Below, piece by piece: positions 18,648 through 31,745 of a DNA stretch of 64,000 bases; the stretch's first letter is position 1; the number at the start of each line of letters is the position of its first letter. The notes beneath the pieces were generated by a model. That model saw nothing but the letters and a program-made list of their open reading frames with translations, was not told where the DNA came from and did not search any database. Source of the DNA: Eubacteriales bacterium. GTDB lineage: Bacteria > Bacillota > Clostridia > Oscillospirales > CAG-272. The stretch covers positions 135,419 through 199,418 of the forward strand of contig JAXEKG010000003.1 of NCBI GenBank assembly GCA_034101145.1, read 5' to 3'. The position numbers and the translations under genes were made by a program.

Positions 18648-21227
18648 TCAGATGTCGTCGGCATCCGATTCTTCTTTGCTATTTTCGTCGGATTCGTTGT
18701 ACTCGGACATCGGATCGGCTTTTGCTTTTTTTGCGTCCTCTTCCGATTCCTTTAGTGCGTTTTCCGCCTTTTCGATTTCGCTCTCGTCAATTTCTTCCTT
18801 TGCTATTCTCTCAAAGTTGACTATTTTTGCTCCCTCGGCGAGTCTCATAACGATAACTCCGCCCGCAGTTCTCGAATAAACCGGTATATCGGATACGGGT
18901 GTTCTTATTATGGTTCCCGCATCGGTGATTATCATTATATCATCGGTGTCAACAACAGTTGCGACCGATGCGAGTCTACCCGTTTTATCCGACAGGTTAT
19001 GGCACGTAACACCTCGGCCTCCCCTGTTTTTCATCGTGCGGAATTCCGAGAAATGACATCTCTTGCCAAATCCGTTTTCCGTGAGAGTGAGTAAAAATTT
19101 ATCCTCTTCAACAAGAGCAACTCCGACAACCTCGTCACCCTCGTCGAGTCTGATACCGCGCACCCCTCGTGCGAGACGGCCCATGCAACGTGCGGCGCTC
19201 TCCTCGAATCTGGTTGCCATTCCGTTTCCGGTGGCTATGATAAGTTCCTTGTCTCCCATGGTCTTCCTGACGTATAGAAGCTCATCTCCTTCATCCAGGC
19301 TTATTGCTATTTTACCGCCCTTACGCTGATATTCGTATTCGGAGAGCATCGTTCTCTTTATGACGCCTCTCTTGGTTACCATGATGAGATTTTCATCTCC
19401 GCCGAATTTTTCTATTTCAATAACGGCGGTTATCTTCTCGCCCGGTACCATATCGAGCAGGTTGACGACGTTTCCTCCCTTGGCTGTTCGTGACGCCTCG
19501 GGTATTCGGTATGCCTTGATTGCATGAACCTTACCTATATTGGTAAACAGAAGTAACGTTGAGTGTGAATTCGTAACGATAACGTTGGAGACGAAGTCAT
19601 CCTCCTTCGTCGTCATTCCTATAATACCCTTACCCCCTCTGTGTTGTGCGGAATACACGTCGGCCTTCTGCCTCTTAATATATCCTTGATGGGTAAGTGT
19701 AACGACGCAGGTGTGACGTTCTATGAGATCCTCAAGGTCTATCTCTTCGGTAGACTCTACAAGCTCTGTGCGACGCTCATCGGCGAACTTATCCTTTATT
19801 GCGATTAGTTCCTCTTTGAGTATTTCGCGGACACGCCCGTCATTTTCGAGTATATCCTGCAGGTCCGCAACGGTAGCCTCCAGCTTTATAAGTCTATCCT
19901 CTACTTTCTGTCTTTCAAGGCCCGAAAGTTTACCGAGAGGCATCTCAATTATTGCCTGCGCCTGTGCGTCGGAGAGAGAGAATCTCTCCATCAAGGTGCT
20001 CTTTGCATCCTGTGTAGACGCGCTCTTCTTTATGAGTTCTACAATCTCATCGATATTATCTATCGCAATTTTGTAGCCTTCGAGTATGTGCATTTCACGC
20101 AGCGCCTTCTCAAGGTCAAACTTCGTGCGATTTATTATTATCTGTTCCTGGAACTCAATGTAGTTATCCAGGATTGCGGGAAGGGAGAGTATCTTGGGCT
20201 CTCCCTTGACAAGCGCGAGCATGTTGACGGCGCAGGTATCCTGAAGCTGTGTATTCTTATACAGCTGATTGAGAATAACCTCTCCGTTGGCATCTCTCTT
20301 ATACTCAACGACGATTCTCATTCCGGCTCTTCCGGACTCGTCTCTTATGTCGGATATTCCCTCGATTTTTTTGTCTTTAACAAGGTTTGCCATTGATTCT
20401 ATAAGCATACTCTTGTTTACCATATAGGGTATCTCGGTTATTATAATACGTCTCTTCTCGTCCTCTATTCGGGCGCGGGCACGTACCATAACCCTGCCTT
20501 TTCCGGTGGTGTATGCGTCTATCATACCCTTAGAGCCGTATATTATTCCCTTGGTAGGGAAGTCGGGACCCTTTATATACTGCATAAGCTCGGGTACCGT
20601 ACATTCGGGATTATCTATTCTGTATACGGTTCCGTCTATTACCTCTCCCAGATTATGCGGGGGTATATTGGTTGCCATACCTACGGCTATACCCACCGAA
20701 CCGTTTACGAGGATGTTGGGGAATCGGGAGGGGAGCACCGTCGGTTCCTTTCTGCTGTTGTCGAAGTTCGGCACCATAGGTACCACATCCTTCTCGATAT
20801 CGCTCATCATAAGTGCGGCGATTTTCGACATTCTCGCCTCTGTGTAACGGTATGCTGCCGCGCCGTCTCCGTCTACGTTACCGAAGTTACCGTGGCCCTC
20901 AACGAGAGTGTATCTGTACGAGAACGGCTGTGCCATACGTACCATTGTCTGATACACCGCAACGTCGCCGTGGGGATGATATCTGCCCAGAACGTTACCT
21001 ACCGTCGTTGCCGATTTTCTGAACGCCTTATCGTATGTAAGCCCGTCCTCGTGCATGGCGTAGAGTATACGTCTCTGTCCCGGCTTCATACCATCCCTTA
21101 CGTCGGGGAGTGCTCGGCTGGTTATAACGCTCATCGCATATTCTATAAACGAGGTTCTCACCCTCTGTTCCATATTCTTGGATACTATTTTCTGTTCGGG
21201 AAACTCTATGCTTGTCTTTTCTTCCAT
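18648..21227 (-). CDS. gyrA: DNA gyrase subunit A
   Basis: [29 protein letters not shown] and [11 protein letters not shown] (active-site Tyr region). Acidic C-terminal tail. Confidence 0.97.
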   Translation of the reverse strand: MEEKTSIEFPEQKIVSKNMEQRVRTSFIEYAMSVITSRALPDVRDGMKPGQRRILYAMHEDGLTYDKAFRKSATTVGNVLGRYHPHGDVAVYQTMVRMAQPFSYRYTLVEGHGNFGNVDGDGAAAYRYTEARMSKIAALMMSDIEKDVVPMVPNFDNSRKEPTVLPSRFPNILVNGSVGIAVGMATNIPPHNLGEVIDGTVYRIDNPECTVPELMQYIKGPDFPTKGIIYGSKGMIDAYTTGKGRVMVRARARIEDEKRRIIITEIPYMVNKSMLIESMANLVKDKKIEGISDIRDESGRAGMRIVVEYKRDANGEVILNQLYKNTQLQDTCAVNMLALVKGEPKILSLPAILDNYIEFQEQIIINRTKFDLEKALREMHILEGYKIAIDNIDEIVELIKKSASTQDAKSTLMERFSLSDAQAQAIIEMPLGKLSGLERQKVEDRLIKLEATVADLQDILENDGRVREILKEELIAIKDKFADERRTELVESTEEIDLEDLIERHTCVVTLTHQGYIKRQKADVYSAQHRGGKGIIGMTTKEDDFVSNVIVTNSHSTLLLFTNIGKVHAIKAYRIPEASRTAKGGNVVNLLDMVPGEKITAVIEIEKFGGDENLIMVTKRGVIKRTMLSEYEYQRKGGKIAISLDEGDELLYVRKTMGDKELIIATGNGMATRFEESAARCMGRLARGVRGIRLDEGDEVVGVALVEEDKFLLTLTENGFGKRCHFSEFRTMKNRGGRGVTCHNLSDKTGRLASVATVVDTDDIMIITDAGTIIRTPVSDIPVYSRTAGGVIVMRLAEGAKIVNFERIAKEEIDESEIEKAENALKESEEDAKKAKADPMSEYNESDENSKEESDADDI

Positions 21228-21271
21228 TTCGTTTCTTCTACCTTTCTCTTTCCCTGTCCGTTTCGGTCTCT

Positions 21272-23548
<2,277 letters not shown>

Positions 23549-23568
<20 letters not shown>

Positions 23569-24670
23569 AACGACCTCCGACGACCTCTATTACGTTTACT
23601 TTGTTATTCTTATTCTCTTCGTCTGTATACGAATAAAAATTCTGCTCGCAGGCGCTTATGATAATCTGCTTACCGTCTGTTTTACTCATTATGTATTTTT
23701 GTCTGTCCTCATCAAGCTCGCTTAATACGTCATCAAAGAGAAATACGGGATATTCTCCGTTTATTTTCCTTGATACCTCACCCTCCGCTATTTTGAGAGC
23801 AAGAGACAGGGAACGCTGCTGTCCCTGAGATGCATAAGTGCGTGCGGATATTGAGTTTAACAGTATTTCCATATCGTCTCTGTGCGGCCCGAACATTGTG
23901 GTACCGAAGGCTATCTCTCTTCTGACGGAATCGGAGAATATTCTTCCGTACTTTTCCTTTGCCTCATCAAAACTCTCTGCTTCTATATCGGATGTGTATA
24001 TGAGTTGAGCGCTCTCTTTTCCTCCCGATATATCTCTCATCACAGAGCATACATATTCGTTGAGATTTTTTATATATTCTTTTCTCTTTATATATATTTT
24101 TGCGGCATACTCCGCTATCTGATTTGAAAAAACCTTTATTTCGTTTTCATTGAAATGTGAGGTTTTTTGCGCGTTTTTTATAAGTGCATTTCTGTTTTCA
24201 AGTATTTTGACGTACAGAGAATAATCCTTTAAGTATATAATGTCGTTTTGCGATATTCCTATATTGAGAAATTCCCTTCTCTCGGAGGGAGCACCCTTCA
24301 CAATCATAAGATGCTCGGGGCAAAAAAGAACGGCGCGGAAATGTCCGAGCATATCTGATGCCTTTTCTTCTTCAATACCGTTTCTTTTTTTTATTTTTCC
24401 CTTTTCGGAATAATGATACGAGAGTTTCTGTATACGGCGTCTGTCCTCGTATTCAGCTTCTATGAAATAATAGTCAGAACCGAACCTTATCAGTTTTTTA
24501 TCTGCAACCCCGCGGAAGCTTTTTCCCCTCGCAAAAGCATATACTGCCTCTATTACGTTTGTTTTTCCCTGTGCGTTTTTTCCTATAATAAGGTTTACTC
24601 CGTCGTGAAATTCTATCTTTTGCTTTTCTATATTTCTGTAATTCTCGGCCGTAAGGCTAAGTATCTTCAT
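23549..24670 (-). CDS. recF: DNA replication and repair protein RecF
   Basis: FRNIE-type N-terminus, Walker A GKNAQGKTN, SQGQQRSLSLALK signature and LFDDVLSELD. Confidence 0.93.
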
Positions 24671-24684
24671 ATCTTTTTACTTTT

Positions 24685-25833
24685 TCACTCGTTCATTCTT
24701 ACCGGGAGAATCATATAGAAGAAACTCTCGTTTTCTTTCTTCTCCGCAGGCTCTATGGTAACGCTCTGAGTTGCACTCTTGAACGTGAGTAATATTTTTT
24801 CACCCTCGGAAGAGCGCACGCTGTTTATAAGATAACGACAGTTGAATCCTATTTCAAGATTTTCTCCGTCGTGCTCACATTCCATCTCATCATACACTTT
24901 ACCGTTTACCGATGAGGAAGTGAGTGATAATGTATTATCCTTTATGCTTATTTTTACATAACTTCTCGCACTGCCCTGTATCTTCTCATCGGCAACGAGA
25001 TTTACTCTTTCAAGGCCGCGCAGAAGTCTCTCTCGGTCTATCTTTACGAATATGGTCTGTGACGTAGGCAATATTCTCTTATAGTCTATATATTCGCTGT
25101 CTATCATTCTCGTAAAGAATATGAGATCTCCGAGCTTTATTATCGCATGCTTTCTGGAAAGATAGAAGCTCACCTCATCATCCTTATCCGGGAGAATCTT
25201 AATAAGTTCGTTGAGAGCGTGTCCCGGAATTATGAAGGACGAGCTCTGCGTGCTTACCTCTCCTATATCGTGCAAATCACATTCTACATTGCATTTTGCC
25301 AGAGTATAACTGTCGCAGGATACTATCTCCAGCTTGTTTGCGTTAATCTTGAAATATGCGCCGCAGAGCATAGGTCTGCTGTCCTGCTCGGCTACTGAAT
25401 TTATTACCTTTACTATCATCTTTTTAAGTATTGATGATTTTATTGCAAAGCCCTTGTCTGCAGATAATTCGGGAAGAGAGGGAAACTCTGTTCCTTTAAG
25501 AGAAAAGAGAGAAAATGAGCTTTTTCCGCTTTTTATGAATGCGTTGTATTTTTCGTCAACCTCAACGCATATCTCATCCTCGGGCATGAGCTTGACTATC
25601 TGGAAGAGTTTCTGCGCGTTTATTATACAGCTTCCCTTTTCTATGATTTCTATAGCAGGAAACGTTATTCTTACTCCCTTATTCATATCATAGGAGGAAA
25701 TTCTTATAAGATTGTCTCCCATTGTTTCTATGAGGATTCCCTCTATGGATGCTATGGTGTTTTTGCTCGATACCGTTCCCATACACGGTGTGAGATTATC
25801 GAGAAATTCCGCTTTGTCCAGAACTATTTTCAT
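24685..25833 (-). CDS. dnaN: DNA polymerase III beta sliding clamp
   Basis: 382 aa. Three-domain beta-clamp pattern ending ...FYMILPVRMNE. Immediately downstream of dnaA. Confidence 0.95.
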   Translation of the reverse strand: MKIVLDKAEFLDNLTPCMGTVSSKNTIASIEGILIETMGDNLIRISSYDMNKGVRITFPAIEIIEKGSCIINAQKLFQIVKLMPEDEICVEVDEKYNAFIKSGKSSFSLFSLKGTEFPSLPELSADKGFAIKSSILKKMIVKVINSVAEQDSRPMLCGAYFKINANKLEIVSCDSYTLAKCNVECDLHDIGEVSTQSSSFIIPGHALNELIKILPDKDDEVSFYLSRKHAIIKLGDLIFFTRMIDSEYIDYKRILPTSQTIFVKIDRERLLRGLERVNLVADEKIQGSARSYVKISIKDNTLSLTSSSVNGKVYDEMECEHDGENLEIGFNCRYLINSVRSSEGEKILLTFKSATQSVTIEPAEKKENESFFYMILPVRMNE

Positions 25834-26140
25834 TTTATTATCCTTTTCTTTTTATGTATTTTAAGATTTTTCAACAATGAGATAACTCCGAAAAACATAC
25901 TCTGACATACATACAGTATATATTAGGTAGTATTAATAGTAGTAGTATGTGTTGAAAGAGTGGAAAATTCGGAAACCTCTGTAAAATAAGGAAAAATATT
26001 GATTTTTATTATTAATTTCTGTGTTGAAAAAGTGTTGATAACGTTTGATAAAATAATTTTCGAAAAATGGAGTTTTCAAATAAAAAGTTTTCAACCGTCA
26101 AACAACGTGTTTTCAACCTTTTTTCAACAAAAAAGAATTA
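25834..26140. other. Candidate oriC (dnaA-dnaN intergenic part)
   Basis: Eight 9-mers related to TTTTCAACA/TGTTGAAAA: 25868-76, 25950-58, 26022-30, 26033-41 (TGTTGATAA), 26073-81, 26088-96, 26110-18 and 26121-29. There is also a TAG-trinucleotide run and an AT-rich flank toward dnaN. Confidence 0.75.
25921..25949. promoter_or_regulatory. DnaA-trio-like trinucleotide run
   Basis: TAT TAG (g) TAG TAT TAA TAG TAG TAG TAT directly abuts the 25950-25958 box. The order boxes -> trios -> AT-rich -> dnaN mirrors B. subtilis incC. Confidence 0.5.
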
Positions 26141-27589
26141 TTAACCTTTTATTTTCATTATAAGCTCGTTTACTTCGCTCTCGTATGACTTTGACTCTTT
26201 TATATCCTTTTCTATTTTTCTCACCGAGGAAATTATTGTGGAATGGTCTCGGTTGAGTATATCTCCGATTGAGGAAAGATTGAGAGAAGTAAGCTCTCTC
26301 ATCAGATAAACAGTAAGATGTCTTGCGTTTGCTATATTTCCGTTTCTCTTGGAGCTCTTTATATCATCAGGAGATATTGAGTATTTTTCAGATACGTAGC
26401 GCAAAATACGGTCGCATATGACGGAGGTGGGGACAGAACCCGTCAGAAAATCGGATATACACCTCTTGCACATATCCATGGTTACGGGAGATGCCGTGAG
26501 AGAGCTGACCGCTACTATCTTCTTTATAGCTCCTTCAATCTGTCTTATGTTATTCTGAAGCTTATCTGCCAGATACTCGACGATATCGTTACTTATGTTA
26601 AGGGACAGCTCCTCCGCCTTTTTCTTTATTATTGCTATGCGAAGCTCAAAGGAAGGAGGTTGTATATCTGCAATAAGTCCCCATTCAAAGCGAGTTCTGA
26701 GCCTGTCCTCAAGAAGCTTTATATCCTTAGGAGGCCTGTCCGAGGTGAGAATTATCTGTTTTTCGGATTCATAAAGCTTTGTGAAAGTGTTAAAAAACTC
26801 CTCCTGAGTAGATTCCTTACCTGCGATGAACTGTATATCATCAATAAGAAGAACGTCCACCATACGGTATTTTTCACGGAACTGAGATACGGTTTTCTTC
26901 TGTATGCTGTCTATGAGCTCGTTTGTAAAATCGTCTCCTTTTTTATATACGATTTTTACAGACGGGTTGTTTTTCTTTATTTCATTGGTTACGGCGCAGA
27001 GAAGATGTGTTTTTCCGAGTCCGCTCGGACCCCATATAAAGAGAGGGTTATAATCCCGGCTGCCGCTTTTTGCGACGGCGACGCAGGCAGAATAAACGAA
27101 TTTATTGGATTCTCCCACGACGAAATTATCAAACGTATATTTTGATATTATCGTAGGCTCGCTTATTTTTTCGGTTACGTCCTCGTTAACGTTATCTCTG
27201 TTGAGTTTTTCAAGGAGTTCTTCTTTTTTTTCAGAGAAGGAGTTTCTCCTTTCCTCCGTCTCCATTTCGCTTTTTGCGTCGATTTTTTCGACGACTATAT
27301 TATTTTCGTCGTTATCAAAACTTTCGTCGGAAATTTTCTTCTTTATCAGTGAGATGGATATATCGTTAAGCTCAAAGCCAAGGACACTCAGAAAAGCCTC
27401 CTTTAGTATACCCATGTATTTTGTCTCCATGAATTGCTGTTTTATGGGAGAATCAACCCCTATGGTCGCATGTGTATCGTCCAGGGAGATTATCTCCATA
27501 TTCTTGAACCATATTTCATAGATAATATTAGAATTATGCTCTTTTATATATTCAAGCACCGCAGCACATATATCACTGTATTCGTTCAT
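26141..27589 (-). CDS. dnaA: Chromosomal replication initiator DnaA
   Basis: AAA+ Walker A GPSGLGKTHLL, LLIDDIQFIAGKESTQEEFF, and a domain IV HTH (ARHLTVYLMRELT...IGDILNRDHSTIISSVRKI). Long acidic domain II linker. Confidence 0.97.
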   Translation of the reverse strand: MNEYSDICAAVLEYIKEHNSNIIYEIWFKNMEIISLDDTHATIGVDSPIKQQFMETKYMGILKEAFLSVLGFELNDISISLIKKKISDESFDNDENNIVVEKIDAKSEMETEERRNSFSEKKEELLEKLNRDNVNEDVTEKISEPTIISKYTFDNFVVGESNKFVYSACVAVAKSGSRDYNPLFIWGPSGLGKTHLLCAVTNEIKKNNPSVKIVYKKGDDFTNELIDSIQKKTVSQFREKYRMVDVLLIDDIQFIAGKESTQEEFFNTFTKLYESEKQIILTSDRPPKDIKLLEDRLRTRFEWGLIADIQPPSFELRIAIIKKKAEELSLNISNDIVEYLADKLQNNIRQIEGAIKKIVAVSSLTASPVTMDMCKRCISDFLTGSVPTSVICDRILRYVSEKYSISPDDIKSSKRNGNIANARHLTVYLMRELTSLNLSSIGDILNRDHSTIISSVRKIEKDIKESKSYESEVNELIMKIKG

Positions 27590-27815
27590 TTTTTACTCCC
27601 GGAATGTGCATGATTTTTCAGTATCAAAAACATTTTACCATATTTTTTTTCTTTTTTCAATATTATTTCAATAATTATATTAAAATTATAGTAATATTAA
27701 TTTATATAATATATTAATATATCTAAATTTAATAGATTTCAAATTTGAAAAAAGAATTGAAAAAAGAGAGAATATATGATAAAATTTAATTTGAAAAAAG
27801 AAAGAGGCTGTAAAA
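27590..27815. other. Very AT-rich dnaA upstream spacer (possible second oriC half plus divergent promoters)
   Basis: Visibly almost G/C-free. It contains degenerate TTTTCAATA/ATTTCAATA motifs and three TTGAAAAAAGA repeats. Confidence 0.4.
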
Positions 27816-28535
27816 ATGAAGATAAACGTAGTGATACCGGTTTACAACGAGGAAAAAATAATACTTGACACAATAAGAGAAATAAAGGATTTCGTAAAGG
27901 AAAACGACGGTTATGTTTTTACGTTTGTAAACGACGGCTCGACCGATAAAAGCAAAGAAATTATAGAAAAAGAAATAAACGGCGAAGATAGAATAAATCT
28001 CCTATCATACGATAAAAACAGGGGAAAGGGATATGCGGTAAAATACGGCGTTACCGAGTCTGATGCAGATACGGTAATATTTACGGACAGTGACCTGGCA
28101 TACGGTCTTTTCTCGGTAAAGAGAATTGCCGAGGAATTGATATATGGAGAGTGTGAGGTATGTGTAGGTTCGAGAAATATAAGTAAGGACGGGTACGGAG
28201 AATACACTTTTCTGCGCCGTATAGCATCAAAGGCTTATATAAAATTACTTTCGTTTTTCGGAGGACTCAAACTCAGCGACAGTCAATGTGGAATTAAGGG
28301 ATACAAAAATCCGTTCGCAAAAAAAATATTCTCCCTCTGCGAGACGGACGGCTTTGCCTTTGACTATGAGACGATACTTATAGCGAGAAAAGCAAAACTC
28401 AAGATTAAAGAAATACCGGTAAAGGTAATAAATCATAACGGAAAGGATTCCAAGGTTCATATAGTAAAAGACAGCATAAAAATGCTGTCCGATATGAGAA
28501 AAATAAAAAAGAGAGTAAAAAAAACAGAGGTATAA
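27816..28535 (+). CDS. Family 2 glycosyltransferase (polyprenyl/dolichyl-phosphate beta-glycosyltransferase-like)
   Basis: VVIPVYNEE, VNDGSTDKS, NRGKGYAV and DSDL (the DxD) form the typical GT-A N-terminal half. No TM segment. Confidence 0.85.
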   Translation: MKINVVIPVYNEEKIILDTIREIKDFVKENDGYVFTFVNDGSTDKSKEIIEKEINGEDRINLLSYDKNRGKGYAVKYGVTESDADTVIFTDSDLAYGLFSVKRIAEELIYGECEVCVGSRNISKDGYGEYTFLRRIASKAYIKLLSFFGGLKLSDSQCGIKGYKNPFAKKIFSLCETDGFAFDYETILIARKAKLKIKEIPVKVINHNGKDSKVHIVKDSIKMLSDMRKIKKRVKKTEV

Positions 28536-28539
28536 AAAT

Positions 28540-30558
28540 ATGAAAACGTATATTATTTCCGACAAAAAAAGATTTGTATGTATGAAAAACAATTCGGAGG
28601 AAATTTTTTTATCCGAAGAAAAAAACGGAAATGTAGCCCAAATCTGTGATACCCTCATTCATACCGATAAAGATATAGATTTATCGGATATATTCTTTAC
28701 CGAAGAAACCGAAATTGTATCAAACAGACTTCTGAAAAGAAAAATAAAGATAGTAAACTATTCATTAAAGACCTTCAGGGCGCAAATAGAGACAGCGGTA
28801 AAAACATGTTTTATACCCGATATATATACTGTTCCCTGCGTTATGTATAACGGAAACAACTATTGTGCGGAAGGGATGCCCAAAGGTATGACATACGAGG
28901 GGGAGCCATGGTATTTTGCATACGACAGATGTGCTATCCCCTCATGCGTAATATCGCAAAATGAAAAATTTTGCCTTTCCACCTTTGCGTCCGATGAGGA
29001 CACAACCTCTCTTAAAAGCTCGTGTTCTTTTTCACCTGAAGAAAACGGCACGATGATACATAAAATACTTTATCCCATAAAGGAAGCACCTGTAAGCTAT
29101 ACAGGAAAAAAGAAATTCGGCCCGTCATACGACGAGTATATAACCTTCGAGCCGGGAACTTCTTTCGAGGCACAAGCTTATATATTCGTATGTAAACCGA
29201 AAATTAAAAATTACGGGTACAAGCAGCTTTTGGAAGAGGTAATAGACCTTTTCAAAAACAAGCATCTCCCATCAATGAACGAAAAATATATAGAAGAAGT
29301 TTCTTTCGATTATCTCAATCGCTCTCTTGAAATAAAGGACGGCAAGCTCGGATTGTTTTACCGTGATTACACTCATCCCATAGGCAATAATATTCCTCTT
29401 CCTCAAGCGCCCGGACTTACTCTTGAAATGATAGAGAAAGACGAAACGAAAAACGCGCTTGAATTCCGTCATACCGGAATAACCATGGGCTTTGCCGCTC
29501 AGGGATTTATGCAGATACGCCTTCTTCTTCAAAAAGCGCTTGAAGAGAAGAATAACGAAGATAGCGAATATCTACTGAAAATACTTGATGATTGGACCTC
29601 TAAACAATCAGACAACGGACTTGTCACCACATCGTATCCGACACAGTCTCAATTTGCCGATATAACGGAACTCGGCTGGGGTGCCGATGAATCGGTGAAG
29701 ATATACAGGGCTTTGAAGTCCCACGGAATATACAAGCCGAATTATCTTGAGTTTTCTGAAAAGATATGTTCCTTCTTCGTCTCCCACTATGACGATGAAA
29801 AACTGTTTGCGGGAGCGTGGAGCTTTGACGGCAAATGTGTGAAACCCGCAGGATGCGGGGGAGGATTTCTCTGCAAGGCAATGACCGAGCTTTACCGTGA
29901 ATGTAAAGAAGAAAAATACCTTGACTGCGCAAAGAGGGCACTCGTTAAATACTTCGAAAAATATCTCGATAAATTCGAGAGCTCTGCGGGAGCAATAGAT
30001 TGCTCGAGCATAGATAAGGAATCCTCCTTCCCGTTCATCGGAGCAGCTCTGGCAATATACGAATTTACGTCCGATAAAGCATTTCTCGAATACGCGCAGA
30101 AGGCGGCAACGTATTTTCTCTCGTGGATGTTCTGCTACGACACCGTATATGATGACAAAAACTGCGATTTTATTCGTCTCGGCTACAATACTTCCGGGGG
30201 AACCGCAGTATCCGCAGAACATCAATGCATCGACCCGTATGCGGTAGTTGCGGTATCTCATCTCTACGATTTGTATAAGAAGGACTCAAACACTCTGTGG
30301 CTCAAATGCGCAAGGATGATATGGGCAAATTCAACACAGTGCATAGCAGGGAAAAACGGTTTTACAGTTCATTCCATGACAAGGCTGCCGGGCTCTCAGA
30401 ACGAGTGCTTTGCACAGGCACGATGGACCAAATACCGTTCAAATCCGAATATGAGAGGACATATAAACGACTTTATGGGAGAATGGATTGTTGACTTTCG
30501 TCTCTACACCCTTGAGAGACTTGACAGTGAGGGAAAACGTCTGCTCGGCATAAACTGA
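28540..30558 (+). CDS. Large uncharacterized protein (672 aa), no signal peptide; C-terminal half possibly alpha/alpha-barrel glycosidase-like
   Basis: The start is 4 nt after the GT2 stop. I recognise no family motif. W/Y/G-rich helical repeats appear in the C-terminal half (GWGADES, AGAWSFDG, GYNTSGGTAVSAEH). The fold suggestion is weak inference. Confidence 0.6.
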   Translation: MKTYIISDKKRFVCMKNNSEEIFLSEEKNGNVAQICDTLIHTDKDIDLSDIFFTEETEIVSNRLLKRKIKIVNYSLKTFRAQIETAVKTCFIPDIYTVPCVMYNGNNYCAEGMPKGMTYEGEPWYFAYDRCAIPSCVISQNEKFCLSTFASDEDTTSLKSSCSFSPEENGTMIHKILYPIKEAPVSYTGKKKFGPSYDEYITFEPGTSFEAQAYIFVCKPKIKNYGYKQLLEEVIDLFKNKHLPSMNEKYIEEVSFDYLNRSLEIKDGKLGLFYRDYTHPIGNNIPLPQAPGLTLEMIEKDETKNALEFRHTGITMGFAAQGFMQIRLLLQKALEEKNNEDSEYLLKILDDWTSKQSDNGLVTTSYPTQSQFADITELGWGADESVKIYRALKSHGIYKPNYLEFSEKICSFFVSHYDDEKLFAGAWSFDGKCVKPAGCGGGFLCKAMTELYRECKEEKYLDCAKRALVKYFEKYLDKFESSAGAIDCSSIDKESSFPFIGAALAIYEFTSDKAFLEYAQKAATYFLSWMFCYDTVYDDKNCDFIRLGYNTSGGTAVSAEHQCIDPYAVVAVSHLYDLYKKDSNTLWLKCARMIWANSTQCIAGKNGFTVHSMTRLPGSQNECFAQARWTKYRSNPNMRGHINDFMGEWIVDFRLYTLERLDSEGKRLLGIN

Positions 30559-30573
30559 TTTTTGGCGTCTTAA

Positions 30574-30618
30574 CAAAAAATTACAGGAGAGACTGTCTCT
30601 CCTGTTTTCATTTTTTAC
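30574..30618. terminator. Bidirectional rho-independent terminator
   Basis: CAGGAGAGAC/GTCTCTCCTG stem flanked by an A-run and a T-run. Confidence 0.8.
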
Positions 30619-30898
30619 ATTCTTTTTTAGCGGCGTAGTCAAGTATAAAGGCTCCGCCGTAACCGAGAATGAGAGACATAAGGATGGCGCAAATGCCGTT
30701 GCTCTGATATATTACCAGAGACTCAAACATATATCCGTCCGATGAAAACACGTGCAAAAAAAGTATGTAAAGAGAGGCAATGAAGCATAAAACGGAGGAT
30801 ATAAGCAGAATAGCTTTTGACAGGGAGTTCATATCGCACAGTAAAGAAATAAATCCTTTTTTAACGGACACGCCGTTTTTATTTTTCTGATTTTTCAT
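30608..30898 (-). CDS. Small hypothetical membrane protein (about 3 TM)
   Basis: MKNQKNKNGVSVKKGFISLLC... with hydrophobic helices. GAAGAGG SD precedes ATG 30898. Confidence 0.5.
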   Translation of the reverse strand: MKNQKNKNGVSVKKGFISLLCDMNSLSKAILLISSVLCFIASLYILFLHVFSSDGYMFESLVIYQSNGICAILMSLILGYGGAFILDYAAKKECKK

Positions 30899-31191
30899 TT
30901 TTATGTACCTCTTCACAATCTATGTTGCTAATATAATTATAATATAAGAAGATATTGAATTCAACGGCAAAAATAAGGCAAAAAAGGCAATATAATGAAT
31001 TTTTATACCAAATTTCAAATATATATGTGCGAATAGTTAATAATTCGAAAAAGCCTCTTAAGACGCACGAAAATGCAAAAAACGTATGGTAAAATAAGGT
31101 ATTATGGGTGTTGCCTCCGACATAAATTAACAGAAAATGAACAAAAAAACAGCTATAATATAGTAGAAAACGAAAAGGACGGTATGAGAAA

Positions 31192-31680
31192 ATGAAGAAA
31201 AGTGGGGCAACAATAATAAAGCACGTCGAGGATGCTGTAGCAGGGTATATAATGAAATATACTCTATTTGAGGAGAGAGCAGACCGTGATAAACTGTACG
31301 ATATGATAGGAGATGAGGCAAAACGCCATAAATTTATATATTCCGTAAAAATAGAAACAGTAAGCTCGGTGAATCCGAGCGACAGAACGATAACTTCGCT
31401 GCCTGATATGAGCGTAAACAAGGAGGAGTCCAAGCGTCTTATTGATTTTCTGTGCGAAAATTCGGTGAGCGCAGACAGCGCATACGACATGATAGATGAG
31501 ATAAATTCTTTTCTTCTTTGCGGGGCAAAGGAAGAAAGCGACCGCTCGGATAAAAAGAAACGGCAACAAAAGCCCGTGATTGCGGAGGTGGCTTCAGACA
31601 CCGCAAAGGAAGGAATGACGGTTCCCCGCGGAGTAGGGCTAATGCACAGAAAAATCAAGAAACAGGCGGTATGCGTATAA
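31192..31680 (+). CDS. Hypothetical protein (162 aa)
   Basis: Balanced composition, and followed by a strong terminator. The overlapping 277-aa minus ORF is S/F/L-rich antisense noise. Confidence 0.55.
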   Translation: MKKSGATIIKHVEDAVAGYIMKYTLFEERADRDKLYDMIGDEAKRHKFIYSVKIETVSSVNPSDRTITSLPDMSVNKEESKRLIDFLCENSVSADSAYDMIDEINSFLLCGAKEESDRSDKKKRQQKPVIAEVASDTAKEGMTVPRGVGLMHRKIKKQAVCV

Positions 31681-31710
31681 AGCAAACTTAAATAACAAAA
31701 AAAGAGAAAC

Positions 31711-31745
31711 AAAAGCCGGTCTAATTCGACCGGCTTTTATTTTGG
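31711..31745 (+). terminator. Rho-independent terminator
   Basis: AGCCGGTC-taattc-GACCGGCT followed by TTTTATTTT. Confidence 0.85.

Noticed and set aside
30879-31712. 277-aa minus-strand ORF
   Set aside because: It is S/F/L-rich and has no SD. It lies antisense to a better plus-strand gene (31192-31680) that has its own terminator.
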